Below, piece by piece: positions 24,978 through 38,100 of a stretch of 45,909 nucleotides of DNA. The notes beneath the pieces are model-generated. The model saw nothing but the letters and a program-made list of their open reading frames with translations, was not told where the DNA came from and ran no database searches. Made by a program: the position numbers and the translations under genes. The DNA lies in the NCBI GenBank assembly GCA_003990765.1, contig RBNJ01000056.1, forward strand, positions 1 to 45,909, given 5' to 3'. Every line of letters begins with the position of its first letter. The stretch's first letter is position 1. This stretch comes from Jimgerdemannia flammicorona. Its lineage: Eukaryota.

Positions 24978-26347
24978 TGATGGTTGATCTGAATTAGTAA
25001 CATAAATCAGGAGAATAGACATTTGATCACAGTACCTGAATCTGATTTTCTGATTTATTATAATATAGCCTTATAAATAACAAATATAGAAACTTTAATA
25101 AATATTAAAGTATTCACAGATGTTAAAGTATTTGCAGATGTTAAAGTATTTATAGATGTTAAAGTATTCACAGATATTAAAGTATTCATAGATGTTAAAG
25201 ATTTAACAAATATTAAGAATTAATACTTATAAAAGAAAATATAGTCATAACTTAGCCACCTTATAGTTATTAAACTTATATAAATATCTCCAGTATCTAG
25301 AGTAAATAAACCTCAGATTGAAATAGTTCAAAGCAAAGAGAAAGCAAAGGAACTAGTAAGTCTGTAGGCAGATATACTTCAAACTCACCCACTCCTATAT
25401 TTTGAGAACTCTGCAGAGTTAAAGAAGATCAAGTTTTTAAGATATAGAAATCTAATATACTTATATAGTTATGTATCCATTATATTATAACTTAATATCT
25501 ATTGGCTGGTGATTCAAGATAAATCTCTCACTTTTAAGCTAAACAATGAACAATTACTATTACTTAAACAATTATATAAATTGAATCAAGACATCTAGAC
25601 AAGATGGATATAAGATTACTAGTATTCCATAAATATATCTCAGATGAATCAATCATTACCTTTATTGATAATTTCAAGTAATATACTACTATAAGAACTC
25701 TGATAGCAGTATAGCAAGTAGCTCTCATACTCTTCAGCCTATGAGATCCTGTAAGAGTAGTATTTATAGCTATAACCCATACAGAAAATAATACTAATAC
25801 TATACTGATAGTATAAAAGACCTAGCTCTGAGCCACCTACTATATAGATAAGATCAAGTAAGCTCTAAAGAATCAGTTCAATATAATATACCAAGGAATA
25901 AGTGAGGATCTAAACAATTCTACACCAGAATCCAATATTAGATAATTCTTGCCAATATACTGATGCTACCTAAGATCAAGTAGCTGAAGCAATCTTTATG
26001 GAAAGAGTTCACTCAAAGATAGCTATAGCCATCTGCTCATCACTAGTAGTTCTAGATTTACCACAGAAGATCATCAATACTTAGTAATACTAGATAGTCA
26101 GATATGTATCTATAAAACTATATAATGGAAAGAGTCACTGGAGTTAGAATTAAAGCACCTAAGGCAACTAGTGTGATTCTCACCATAGTGATCAACTGAA
26201 ACACATTTCAGTCAAAAGCTACTAAGCAGTAGAGGAACAGTAATCCTATGGAGGAACTTGCTAAGAAGTTTGCTGAAATAACTACTCACCTAGGAGATGT
26301 AGTAAAGGAAATCAGAGGACAAGATTACTGCTCTATTCAGAAGTTTG
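24978..26347 (+). mobile_element. Gypsy-like remnant, copy G-B (putative LTR/leader and gag, truncated before the zinc knuckle)
   Basis: Reverse complement of 11801-11524 joined to 5606-4620. Contains an 18-bp tandem (TTAAAGTATTCACAGATG, about 5 copies) at 25103-25200. Confidence 0.85.
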
Positions 26348-26970
26348 CCACTATCTGACTTTTGAAGATATAACTCATTACCTACACTTGACAAGTCTGA
26401 AAGCTGTCCCATAATATATAATTTACTATCCTATAATATATAATTTACTACCACCTGACTTTTGAAGATATGATCCATTATCCATACTCAATAAGTCTAA
26501 AAGCTATCTTATAACATATGATTTGACATCCTGTGACATATGATTTACCACTCTGCTCTAAAGTCTGTTACTTATACTTAATGAGCCTAAATACTATTCT
26601 GCAATATACAATTTGCTATCTCATAATATACAATTTGCCACCCTACCCCAAAGTCTGTTATCTATACTCAACAAAGCTATCCTGTGATATACAATTTGCT
26701 ATCCTGTGATATATAATTTGCCACTCTGCCCTAAAGTCTATTACCTATACTTGATGAGTCTAGAAGCTATCCTACAATATATAATTTGCCATCCTGTAAT
26801 ATATGATTTACCACCCTACTCTGAAGTCTATTACTCATACTTAGTAAGTCTAAAAGCCATCCCACAACATATGATTTGTCATCCTGCAATATACAATTTG
26901 CCACCCCACTCTAAAGTCTATTACCCACACTTGATAAGCCTGGAAGTTATCCTATGATATATGATTTGCT
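26340..26970. repeat. Tandem array with ~90-bp unit
   Basis: CCACYCTRCYCYRAAGTCTRTTA recurs at 26548, 26638, 26721, 26811 and 26901. Confidence 0.88.
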
Positions 26971-27230
26971 GTCCATATAGGAGAAACTGGTTCATATATA
27001 TATATATCATCATCTGATGAGTTATTTGCTATCAAAACTATACTTAACAAGCTTAGAAGCTAATATATAGTTTACTTATTTTCTGTACTCTGAACTAAAA
27101 CCCCCTGCAAGCCATTATATATTAAAAGTCTATATAGAAGAAACAAATACATATCAAAGTATCTAAAACTGCATATTTTTGAGTTTAAATAGGATATCTC
27201 AAAAATGAGATCACCTATGAATCTGTTGAC

Positions 27231-30200
27231 CCTTTCTCCACTATGATTTATGTAACACAAACTTCAAAACATACTTTTGAACTATTTATTAGAGAAAGAT
27301 ACTAAGGTCATAGTAACTAACAAGCAAGCAAATATGTATACCAGGTCAGGTAGACCTGGAGTCTTCAACTGGCAATATATTAGACAAGAGTATGGACTAG
27401 GGATGGAGTCTTTTGGTGGTCCAAGTGGGCAGGGCAGTTCAGGCAGTAGTAGTGGCAATAAAGGAGGGGCAGGAGGGCAGAGGGAGAGGAGCTTTGTAGA
27501 TATGCTGAAGACTGGAGGATGGCCTGTTGGTATTTATGACAGACAGATAGAAGGGAAGGGAAAGCAGAGAGAAGGAGATGTGAGAGATGCTGGACCTCAG
27601 CTGGTAGGTGAAAGGGCTAGTGGAGTGGCAGCTGGAAGTAGGGGGGAGACTGCTGATAGTGGCATGATTAGGAATCTGGAAAAAAATCCAGATGTGACTA
27701 TTGATAGTGGGGTTGCACAGATGGGCCCAAAGAGGAAGAGAGATCTGGTGGATAGTGTGATGGGGCTAGTGGTGACACTGTTACTCAAGAAGTCAATCTT
27801 GGAGTTTATGGTAATCTTGTACTTCTGGGATCTAGCAGTGATGGTGAGGATGGCCCTGGGGATTATCTCAAAACAGGTAGTGGGAGTTGCCTCAGTGAAG
27901 TTTCTGAAGGGATTGGAGGAGATTGAAGTGGGTTTTGAGGAGACAGGTCTACTAGAGGAAGTACTGAAGACTGGAGTAGCTGTAGGAGAGGTGGTAGTCC
28001 CTATGGTGCAGTGCTTGAGGTAGGACCCCAGAGTGATTCAGCTACTGATAAAGAGAGTGCCTACAGTAATGATGGTGGAGACCAGGAGGAGGGTTGAGGA
28101 GGTGATGGTAGAGTATGGCAATGTAATGAATATTTAATTTCAGATGTGAGAGGGGACTACTTTCAGGACTAGAGATATTGATGTCAATATTTGGCTGACT
28201 GAGAAAGAGGCCACTGGGAAGGCAAGCAACTGGCCTTCAGTAATGCTGTGGGGGGCTTTCATCTGTAAGGTGTTGAGAGTGAAGGGAAGCAAGGAGAAAG
28301 AGGAGGATCTGTTGAAGACTCTAGAAGAAATGAGTGGTGCAGTTGAGTAGAGGGCTAAGGCCTAGAAGATATATGTAGAGTTGACACATTTGGAGATTAT
28401 AGATGGAAAACATCTCCACACTGACAAGAGGCAGTGGGAGAGGGTTCAGGGGTACAAGAGGCAGAGAGAGTTGTTGGCAAGTCTGGAAGGAAGAGCAAAG
28501 AAGAATGTAGGTGATATTGAGGAGTCTGGGGTCACCAAAGTGAGTGTCTGGGCCAGTAAGAAGAGAGAAGATGACAAGGATGGAGCAGGAAAGCCACTGT
28601 GCAATGACTCTTATGCAGATGATATGTTCAAAGTCTGGGGACAGGACTTGGATAGTACTCTCCCTCTTGTCAAATGAGGTCCTACTGTAAGAAGCTGGGC
28701 AGCAGAGGATGTACTGATGCATAGAGCCCAGCAGATACATTTTGGAGTTCCAGATATGATGAAGGAAGGACAGGTGGTGGCAGTTGATAAGGATGAGCTG
28801 GTGGATGTGACAGAGGAGAAGTGAGATGAGACTGTGAGTGTAGGGGCTGATACCAAAATGCTGGATACTGGAAGGCCAGTGATACTAGGAGAGAAGGAGG
28901 TGGAAAATCTACTGTAGATACACTAGATGATGAATAACTTAGTGGCTGAAGAGTTGGGAGAAGTGGACCTGAGAGTGATGAGTAAGGAGCATTGGACACA
29001 GATCCTGTATGGTAACAGAGTAGTGGAGGCACTGAAGATAGGGGTGCTTGTAATTCTTCTAGAGGAGGAGGGGTATGAGGTTGTTAAGGAGAGAGAGGCT
29101 GAGCTAGCAGTTGTTGCTGGTAAGTGGGCTGCCTTCTGTTGGGCAGAACATCATGGTCTGAAACTCTGGCAGGAGATCTGTCTAGAGTACTGTGAGGACT
29201 TTGAGGAAAAGGAGGATGGGGAGATAGCAGAACTTCTGGTGGAATTGGAGGTAAAGGAGGCTGAAGAGGAGGAATTGACTACTGAATATAACTCAGACTT
29301 GGCACAGGAGGAGAGGCATGTGGATTTGTAGAGGATGAGCAGGATACTACTTCTAAACATTATTTCCAATGAATAGTATAACTAACATTTTTTCTCTGAA
29401 TGTGAATGGGTTATAGAGATCTGGGCAACATAAGAACATTTTCACTTGGCTTAAGAGTTTGGAGGCTGATCTCTTTCTGCTGTAGGATGTATGTTGTGAG
29501 GATGATGAGGATCAAGTGGCATAAACTAGAGAATGGAGAGAAGTTGTAGCTTGGATTGGCAAAGTGGCAATTTTGGTGCAGAGTGATAAAGGAGATTTAG
29601 GTGGAATTAGGAGCTGGAGAGACTGTTTGATATGGGGGAAATAGCATTGACCTGGGAGAGAGCCAGTGAGAGTTGGCTCTTGCTACTGTCTGGCAGCTAG
29701 AGGTGAGAGAATTGTATAGATTAAAAGTCTTTTAGAAGAGGGCACTCTTTTGGAGGAGGGGGTAGATATTCTGGGAGAGGACTTCAATATGGTATAGGAT
29801 TCTCAGTTAGATAGGACTGATGGAGGGAGGAGTGCTAGTGGAAGGAGTGGTGGCCTAGACACATGGGAGGAGGTAGAGAATCTTAGCTCTCTAGGAGATA
29901 TAGGCAGAACACAGTGGGGAGACAAAAGGATCTACACACACTGAGTGAATAGACTGGGTACAAGGATTGACTGGATCCTGACAGCTAAATACTGGGACAT
30001 GGATATTTGGAAGACTCTGGAGGTAGAGTAGTGCCCATGGTCAGATCATTGGGGTCTCTTAGGGCAGGGGCAGTTTGGGGGGAGTGGAGATGGACCTGGA
30101 CATTGGCACCTTAACTCCTCTCTGCTGGCTAAGAAGATATTATAGAACCCATGAGTAGAGGACATCTAAGTGAAGATCACTAGCTGGAAACATGAGGGTT

Positions 30201-31058
30201 TGCCAGTGGGTGTCTGGTGGATAAAGTTAAAAGAGACTATGAGGGTTTACTGAGAAGGGGCTGGTAGGGAGGCTGGGAGGCAGAGAAGGAAAAGGGTAAG
30301 GTGTGCTTCCAATTGGTTGATTAGATTGCAGATGGAATGAGCAGAGTTGATAATTCTGAAGAGGTGGATGATTGGAGGTTGGCATGAGCAAAATTGGAGG
30401 TAGTGGAGCTGCAACAGGTGCTGAGAGAGGAGAAGAAGATGTATATGAAAGAAATGGCAGCTAGGCTGAGGTAGCAGGAGCTTCAGGAGGGGGAGAGGCC
30501 TACTAGGTACTTGTCAAGGCTTCTCCAGACTAGAAGGGTGTAACATCAATGGGATGGAGTCCTTGATACAGAGGGAGAAATGGTACATGGCATACAATAG
30601 ATCTTGGGGTTGCTGAAGGAGTGGTGGAGAGATCTGTGGAGTAAGGAGTAAGGGGGTACTGATGAAGAGGCAATTGGAGACATGCTAGAGGATTGGGAAT
30701 CACCACAAGTGGAGGGCCTGGGGGATTTGATCCTACCAGTCCAAGAGGAGAAGATCCAGAGTTCTTGTGACAACTAAGCTTGGGATATTACCAGGAGAGG
30801 ATGAATGATCTTGGGACTTTTGGAAGAAGATAGTGAAGATCCCTGAAGTGTTAGGAGAGATGATGGCACTCTGTGACCTTATTCTTCTGAATGGTGAGTG
30901 GGTTGGAGGGCAAGATCTAGGGCAGGTGGCCTTGTTATATAAGGATAAGAGAAGGAGAGAGAACTGGAAGAACTAGAGACTGATCATACTTCTAGATATA
31001 GACAGGAAGATGGTTACTAAGGTAATTGTCATGAGGTTACAAAAAGTTACCCAACAGA
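27231..31058 (+). mobile_element. L1/Tx1-like LINE copy L-C, 5' part (ORF1 ~27310-29331; ORF2 from 29369 into RT)
   Basis: Collinear with L-A, L-B and L-D. It is the most stop-ridden copy and breaks at RLQKVTQQ inside RT. Confidence 0.93.
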
Positions 31059-31079
31059 TAGTGCTCTGCAAACCTGACT

Positions 31080-31440
31080 CAATTAACCTGAAACCTGACC
31101 TGTAAAATAGCCAATCTGGAATTAGACATTACCCATCTTTAACCCAACTCAGAATTATATATCACCCATCTTTAATTCAACCCAGAATTATATATTACCC
31201 ATCTTTAACCCAACCCAGAATTATACATCACCCATCTTTAACCCAACCTGGAAAGATACATTATCTGTCTGTAACCTGACCTGAAATTAAACATAACCTA
31301 TCTTTAACCTAACCTGGAAATATATATCACCTGATCCATTATTTACCCTTAACTCAAACCTGAACCCAACCCCTGAACCTGACCCTGAACCCAACCCCTA
31401 AATTCAATCCTGAACTCAACCCTCTGAACTCTGCTCTGAA
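31080..31440 (+). repeat. hAT left subterminal repeats (~36-bp unit ACCCATCTTTAACCCAACCCAGAATTATAYATC)
   Basis: Several tandem copies. The reverse-complement array is at 42670-42960. Confidence 0.85.
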
Positions 31441-31504
31441 AAAATGATTCAGATAATATTTGGATAATATTCAGAGCAATTGGAAGTGAAAAATATCTGA
31501 AGAC

Positions 31505-33881
31505 CACTAAGAATCCAAACACATATATACATGAATTGTATTTACACACAAGCTGTTTTGATGTTCAGTCACCAGCTCACTAGCAATAGAAAAAATACAT
31601 TCAGATAGAACAGATGTTGCTGAAATAGCAAGATAATTGCAAGCCATTATGAAAGATTAGGATATACTGACTGATTTTACTGCCACCAATCTAGTATATC
31701 TATACAAAGATCAGCTAGATTCTCTGACAAATAACTAAAACAGAGAAATATGAGTGAAAATTAACCAAGCCAACCAAAAAACATAAAAACAACACCTACC
31801 ATTCAAGCTCATCATCTATATTGACATGCTGTTTCTTCTTATATATTGAGTTGATAAAATCATTGACATCATGGAATATTGAGAGTATAATGACAGTATT
31901 AACAGACTTATACTCCTTTTTCCAGATATATTCCATCTGATTCTTTCATTCATCAATTAAGGATTTTTTTCCATTACTCATAATGGAAATAACACATGTT
32001 AATATATAGATCTAAGGCTGAAGCTATGCTGTATAATAGTGTCATCTTACAGTAGTACTTTAGAAGTTTCATATGTATATTCTCAGCAGCAGTAATCATT
32101 ATCTATAAAAAATAAAAAATAAATAGAAATATACACATATTACTTTCCAATTACTTACTAAATTAGTTTCTAAATTCACAAATAAAATTACTTTCAAAAT
32201 CATATATATATATCTGATTAACATATTCACCAGTTTGATATATATTGATGATATCTTCAAGATGATCATATAGCTAATTAAATAGTGAGATAACAGCCAC
32301 TATTGTAGAATACTTTAAAGCTGACATCACAGTTGTCACTTTGGCAAAAGACTTGAGAAATTGGCAAATCAATTCAAATTGTTACTATGTATCTTCAGAT
32401 ATATTGCTCATTTGCTTATCTATAGCACACAATATATCCAAGCTCTATTTGGATGTAATATCAATTTATTTAGTACCAAAATACTTCTGAATTATATTCC
32501 AAAATCTATTCAAATAGATTCAAAATCTTACCTTATGAATCTCTAGAGTATATGCTAACATTTTATGTGTAGAACTCCATCTCATCATAATATCTAAGAG
32601 AGGCTTCAAATGGATATTCCAGAGGATTTACAGACTTTTAACAGTTGTGTTTATCATTGCACTGAATTTTTGATCTTCTTTATCAACTCTCATAGCTTTC
32701 CAATAGGCTCACTAAGAGAACCAAGAGCATCATGAATGATGAGATTTAACATATGCTTGAAATAGTATACATGAGCAAGTGGATAATGGAGATTCTCAAA
32801 CAGAGTATTATTGTTACTGACATTATTACACACAATAGCAATGATTTGATTGTCACTAGGTAATAAATTATCTATTATCAGTTTCAGACTTTTTGTAAGA
32901 TTGGTACCCATGTGTATTATTTTACTGATATTCACAAAGTCTAAAATAATGTCATGCATCTTCCAATCACTGTCAATCCAATAGGTTGTTATTCCAAGGA
33001 AGGCCTTGATGTTAATATCTGATGTCTAACAATTAAGTATAAGTGACACCTTCAACTTGAGCCCTGCTAGCTTTGCTTTCACTTGAGTTTACAATAGTTT
33101 GAATTCCTTTTGAATAACTTGCAAAATCATATCAGCCAATGGAAGGGCCAAATCAGGGTGTAATATATAAAGGAGATACTTGAAGTCAGTATTTTCAATA
33201 GTAGAGAATGGCTGATATCTAGTGAAAATGAAGTTGGCAATTAACTGACAGAAATTTTCATCACTTAAAGTCTTGCTAGTATGTTCCTATTTGTAATAAT
33301 AAAATTTGATGAATTATTTTTCTAATAACCTCCTAAGTACTTCCTAAATTTCATTCTATCTATACTCACAATCTCATCTTTCTTAGACCAGTGAGGATTC
33401 TCAGCATGCTGGAGAGGTAAGAGCATGACATTGTAATGCTTTCAGAGATGTTATTTAAGATTGTTGATATTGCCATCCTTTGATATATAGCTCCAAGTTG
33501 TGCAATGGTTGCAACTGATGAGCTTACTTTGTAAATTCTATTTGAATAGAGAGATATAAGACTATATTAGAACCTCAACCACTTACAACTAACCACCCTT
33601 ATGACTGACCACTCTTATGACTGATCACCCTTATGACTGATGAGATCAACTACTCCTATAAATGCAACCATTAGCACAATGTATAAAACTATCTTTGTGG
33701 TATGATTCCACACCCAGCTATCACCAGATTTTGTTTTTATTTTTATTCTCATGCTCATTAGTGATAATAAACTGGTGGAGATATCTGATATATTCTCCAA
33801 TATATCCTCTAATATATTCTCCAATATATCATCCAATAGTTCTGAGATTTCTCCTAAATGTACTTCTTGATCTTTAGACAT
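31505..33881 (-). pseudogene. hAT transposase with BED zinc finger (degenerate, intron-containing)
   Basis: SWVWNH...CNHC...HL*KH (BED), AFLGITTYWIDSDW, CNNVSNN (DNASNN), YFKHMLNL (CFAH.LNL), MRWSST (TRWNST) and the dimerisation motif NYLAISATSVLSECIFS (DYLAIPATSVPSERVFS). Confidence 0.9.
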
Positions 33882-34250
33882 TTCAAAAAGTGTTTAATGA
33901 TGGCAGAGACTGGAAGCTTGAGTGGGAGGCCAAGAGCTGGAAAGTGGCTAGGAAGTGACAAGCTAGAGAGTGGTGAACTGGGGAATGAGCTAGAGGGAAA
34001 TGAGCTAGAGAGGCAGTGAACTAGAGGGCAGAGAGTTGGGGGGAGGCAGCAAGTGGCAGGAAAAGCCAGAAACTGTGGGGCCTGGAACAGGAGTCAGTGA
34101 GCTGGGGAGCAGTGAGATAGAGAGCAGTGAGGTGGCAGCATAAGGTATGATAGCTAATGATTGATTGTAGATAGAGAATGGATGAATAAATACACATGGG
34201 TAGTAAACTGGTACCCATCATGCAACTGCAAATAGCAAACATACTTTGGA

Positions 34251-34719
34251 GATTCAGTGTGTTCTGCATAAGCCCCAATTGAGCAAGGTTTACAATAATG
34301 TTTGAGTGAGATTTGTGGTGCAATTGAGCAAGATTTGTAATGAGGTTTGAGCAAGATTTGCAAGCAAGATTAAAGTAAGATTTGTAAGCAAGATAAAAGT
34401 GAGATTTGCAAGTAAGAGTAAGATTTGTATAAGCCAGGCTTTGCAAGCCTTGTGCTTGTAAGCCTAGACAAGCTCAGTCATAAGCTAATATGATATATAT
34501 ATAAGCTGATATCACATGATATCAGCTATTGGCTGAGCTTGCAAGCATAAGGCTTACAAAGCCTAACTTATATAAATCTTGCTTTAATCTTACTTGCAAA
34601 ATCTCACTCAAACCTTGCTATAAATCTCACTGCAAATCTTGCTCAAATGTACCACAAACCTCACTCAAATGTCATTACAAACCTCACTCAATCGGGGCTT
34701 ATGCAGAACCCACTGAATC
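34251..34719. repeat. Long imperfect palindrome 1 inside the hAT
   Basis: GATTCAGTGTGTTCTGCATAAGCCCC (34251) mirrors GGGGCTTATGCAGAACCCACTGAATC (to 34719). Core AGCTGATATCACATGATATCAGCT at 34504-34527. Confidence 0.9.
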
Positions 34720-34725
34720 ACACAG

Positions 34726-34930
34726 AGAGGAGTGGAACACAGTGAGGAAAGCTCTGGATTACAAGCATAAGCATAAGTATAAGCATAAGCTTTGCTCTGC
34801 TCAGTCTGACAAGCTAATAATAAGCTGATATCATATGATATCAGCTATCAGCTGAGCAGAGCAAAGCTTGCACTTACACTTATGCTTATGCTTACAATCC
34901 AGAGCTTTCCTCACTACACTCCACTCCTCT
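34726..34930. repeat. Imperfect palindrome 2 inside the hAT
   Basis: AGAGGAGTGGA..AGTGAGGAAAGCTCTGGATT mirrors AATCCAGAGCTTTCCTCACT..TCCACTCCTCT. Core AGCTGATATCATATGATATCAGCT at 34823-34846. Confidence 0.9.
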
Positions 34931-35137
34931 TGCATTCTACTCCTCTTGCACAACCCTCATGTATTCCTCCACCTCCCTCACCCTCATTTCTCAGATTGCA
35001 AATAATATGTAATTTAGAAATAGGTTTTAAAAGAGATTTCAAAGAGATTCCAAACGAGATTTTGAAGAGATTCTGAAAGAGCTTCTGAAAGATGTTATAG
35101 CTTTTGAACATTTAAGATATCAAAAGCTTACTTTCAT

Positions 35138-35140
<3 letters not shown>

Positions 35141-35177
<37 letters not shown>

Positions 35178-38100
35178 GTCACTTGGACTCCATTCCTTTA
35201 TTAACACCCCTCTATCCCATATAAATACAGTGATCCCACCCCCTATCCAATCCCCCTAGGGGGGCCTCCTCCCCCTACCTCTTCCCGAGGAAAGACCACT
35301 TTGTCTAACACCACCGCCACCCTCCCACCACTCTGCTCACAGATCCTCACCACCAAACTGCAATGGCGTCCCCCCTGAGGACCCCAACCCACCCACCATC
35401 CAGTCAGCAGATCCCCCAACAGCCCCTCCCACCTTAACACCTTCTCCTGCAGCCCCAACCACTGCCCTTCCTCAAATACAAAAAGTCAATGTCCTGCCAG
35501 TCCCACCCAAACTGCCAATACCCATCCTACAGTGAGCCAACTATTATCCACCCCACCCACAAGCCGAGATCGCAAGTCCCCCCAGCGACCCCCCTCCCCT
35601 ACCAGCCTACACCCCACATCCAGTCTATCTCCTATTTCAGTCCAAAATTCCCCCAAAACCTCACACTCTCCAAGCCAATGTTCAGGCATCTGTATATGAC
35701 CCCCAGCTCACCCAACATCATAACACTCCTCACAGTCGAATTGTCCACCCTCCACCAAATACCCCATGCGGAAATTCAGCATGACATTCCTCTGCAACAT
35801 TCTCCACCATACCACCCAGAACTTGGGAGGAAGCCACCTCCACACCTCTGCACTCCAAGACCAGATACCAGCCCAGTCCCATTCCTCGCCGATCCCTGCC
35901 ACCTGCCAGCCACTCGGCCAAAGATCCTGGCCAAGCCCCCGCTGACAGTCAACTTCCTCCCCAATATCGAATGAAGCAAGTGGAGCGCCCCCCAGGAGCA
36001 GTCTATCCCACCGCCATATATTAGGCCCCCAAACTGCCTCCCCCTCATTGTCTTGCCAGCGCAGACCAATTCGGTGTGCACCATCTGCCACCCCCCACCA
36101 AAAGCCCTTGAACTGCATCCTCTGAACTCCATTCAGCCCCACCAAAGAGAGCAGATCTCCAGAGGACCCTCGAGGGGATGTTTGCATCTCTCATATCTTC
36201 TGCAGCAGAGGCACCCAACCTCCGCCCTGTAGTTCCACAGCTCTCTTCAACCACTAGGCTCGCAAGCAATGCAGCCTCTTAGGAAAATCCACCAGGCCAA
36301 GACCCCCCCTGACTACCGGCCTTGCCAGAGTATCCCAACTGACCTGGGACCTCCTCTCTGCCCAAATCTATTCCCGAGCCACCTTTGTCAGCTTCTTCAC
36401 CACCCACACTGGGAAGTTGAGGTGATATGCCACATACCACAGCTTGGGGAACCAATATATATTCAGGATTGACACCCGCCCAGCTAGAGAGATATAGCAG
36501 CCTCCCCATCTTCTAAGGGTCTCCCCCCAAACATTCACCCTGTTCTCCCACCACACTCGTGGCAAGACCAAACCATATACAGAGAGAAAGATGCCCAGAT
36601 ACCGCACCATCTCACCAGTAGGGACAATTGTTCCAATGATGTCCCCACCCACTAGTCCATTCCCTAACACCATTGTCTCACACTTATGCCAGTTGAGCTT
36701 TGCTCCTGAGTGAGCCTCATACTATTCCACAGTCTCCTGAAGTGCCTCTACATCTGCCACAGACCCAAGTCCAACCACCATATCATCAGCAAAGGTCCCA
36801 CCTTCCACACTATACCATATATAGAGAACCCTGCCACCTTTCGGTGAATCCTATCCATCAACAGCTCCAGCAAAAGGGCATAGAGAATAGGGGACAGAGA
36901 GTCCCCCTGAGGAACTCCTCTTCCCAAGGAAAATGCCCTTCCATGGTGACCATTACACATCAGAGCTGCCCAACTGCTCTCCAGCAGACCCACCATAGAG
37001 GCCCTAAATCTTGGTGGAACCCCAATTTGGTCCAGTACCTTGCCCAGCCACACCCGCCATACCCGGTCATAGGCCTTCTCCTGATCTAGAAAGACCAACC
37101 TTCCATCCAGTCTACAGGCCCCGGCCCCTTCAATGACATCATGAACCCATGCAGTTCCATCTCTTATAAGTCTGCCCCCAACAAAGCCCAGCTGCTCCTC
37201 CCCCAGCACCTGTTGGGCAACTTTCTGTAGCCTTGCGACAATCACCTTCGTCACCATCTTCCTGTCCATATCCAGAAGCATGATCGGCCTCCAGTTCTTC
37301 CAGTCTTCCCTCCTCCCCTTGTCTTTGTACAATAAGGCCACCAGCTCAAGATCCTGCTCTCCAACCCACTCACCACTCTGAAGGACATGGTCACAAAGAG
37401 CAGCCATCTCCCCCAAAACTCCGGGGATGTTTACCATCTTCTTTCAGAAGTCCCATGGCAATCCATCCTCCCCTGGCACTGTCCCAAGCTTAGTTGCTGC
37501 CAGGACACTCTGGATCTCCCCTCCCTGCACTGGTAAAATCAAGTCACCCAGACCAGCTACTTGTGGTGGCCTCCACTCTTCCAGTATATCTGCAATCTCC
37601 ACCTCATCAGCACCCCCTTCTCCCTCACTCCACAGGCCCTGCCATCTCTCCTTCAAAACCCCTAAGATTTGTTGCATGCCATGTACCATGTCCCCATCAG
37701 CATCCAGGACCCCATCCCACCGATTTCTCACTCTCCTAGCTTTGAGAAGTCTTGATAAGTACCTAGTAGGCCACTCCCCCTCCTCAAGCCCCTGCCACTG
37801 TAGCCTAGCAGTCATACCCCGCATATGAATCTCCTCCTCTTCCCTCAACACCTGTTGTAGTTTCACTATCTCCAATTTCGCCCTCTCTATCCTCCAATCC
37901 TCCACCCCAACAACCGTGAGCAAATCCGCCCAATCCATTTGTAGTCTCCTCAGCCTGCTGGAAGCACACCTCATATGCCTCCTCCTCTGCCTCCCAGCCT
38001 CTCTACCAGCCCCTCCCCAATAAACCCTCACAGCCTCTTTCAATCTCATCCAACAGACATCCACAGGCAAACCCTCGCGCCTCCAGATAAAAACTTTCAC

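Noticed and set aside
25495-25520. LTR end and primer-binding site at TTGGCTGGTGA
   Set aside because: No second LTR is available to define the boundary, and the motif is too mutated in G-A to assign a tRNA.
26340-26970. CRISPR-like arrays (also 17130-18090 and 31080-31440)
   Set aside because: Units are contiguous degenerate tandem repeats without unique spacers, in a eukaryotic context with no cas genes.
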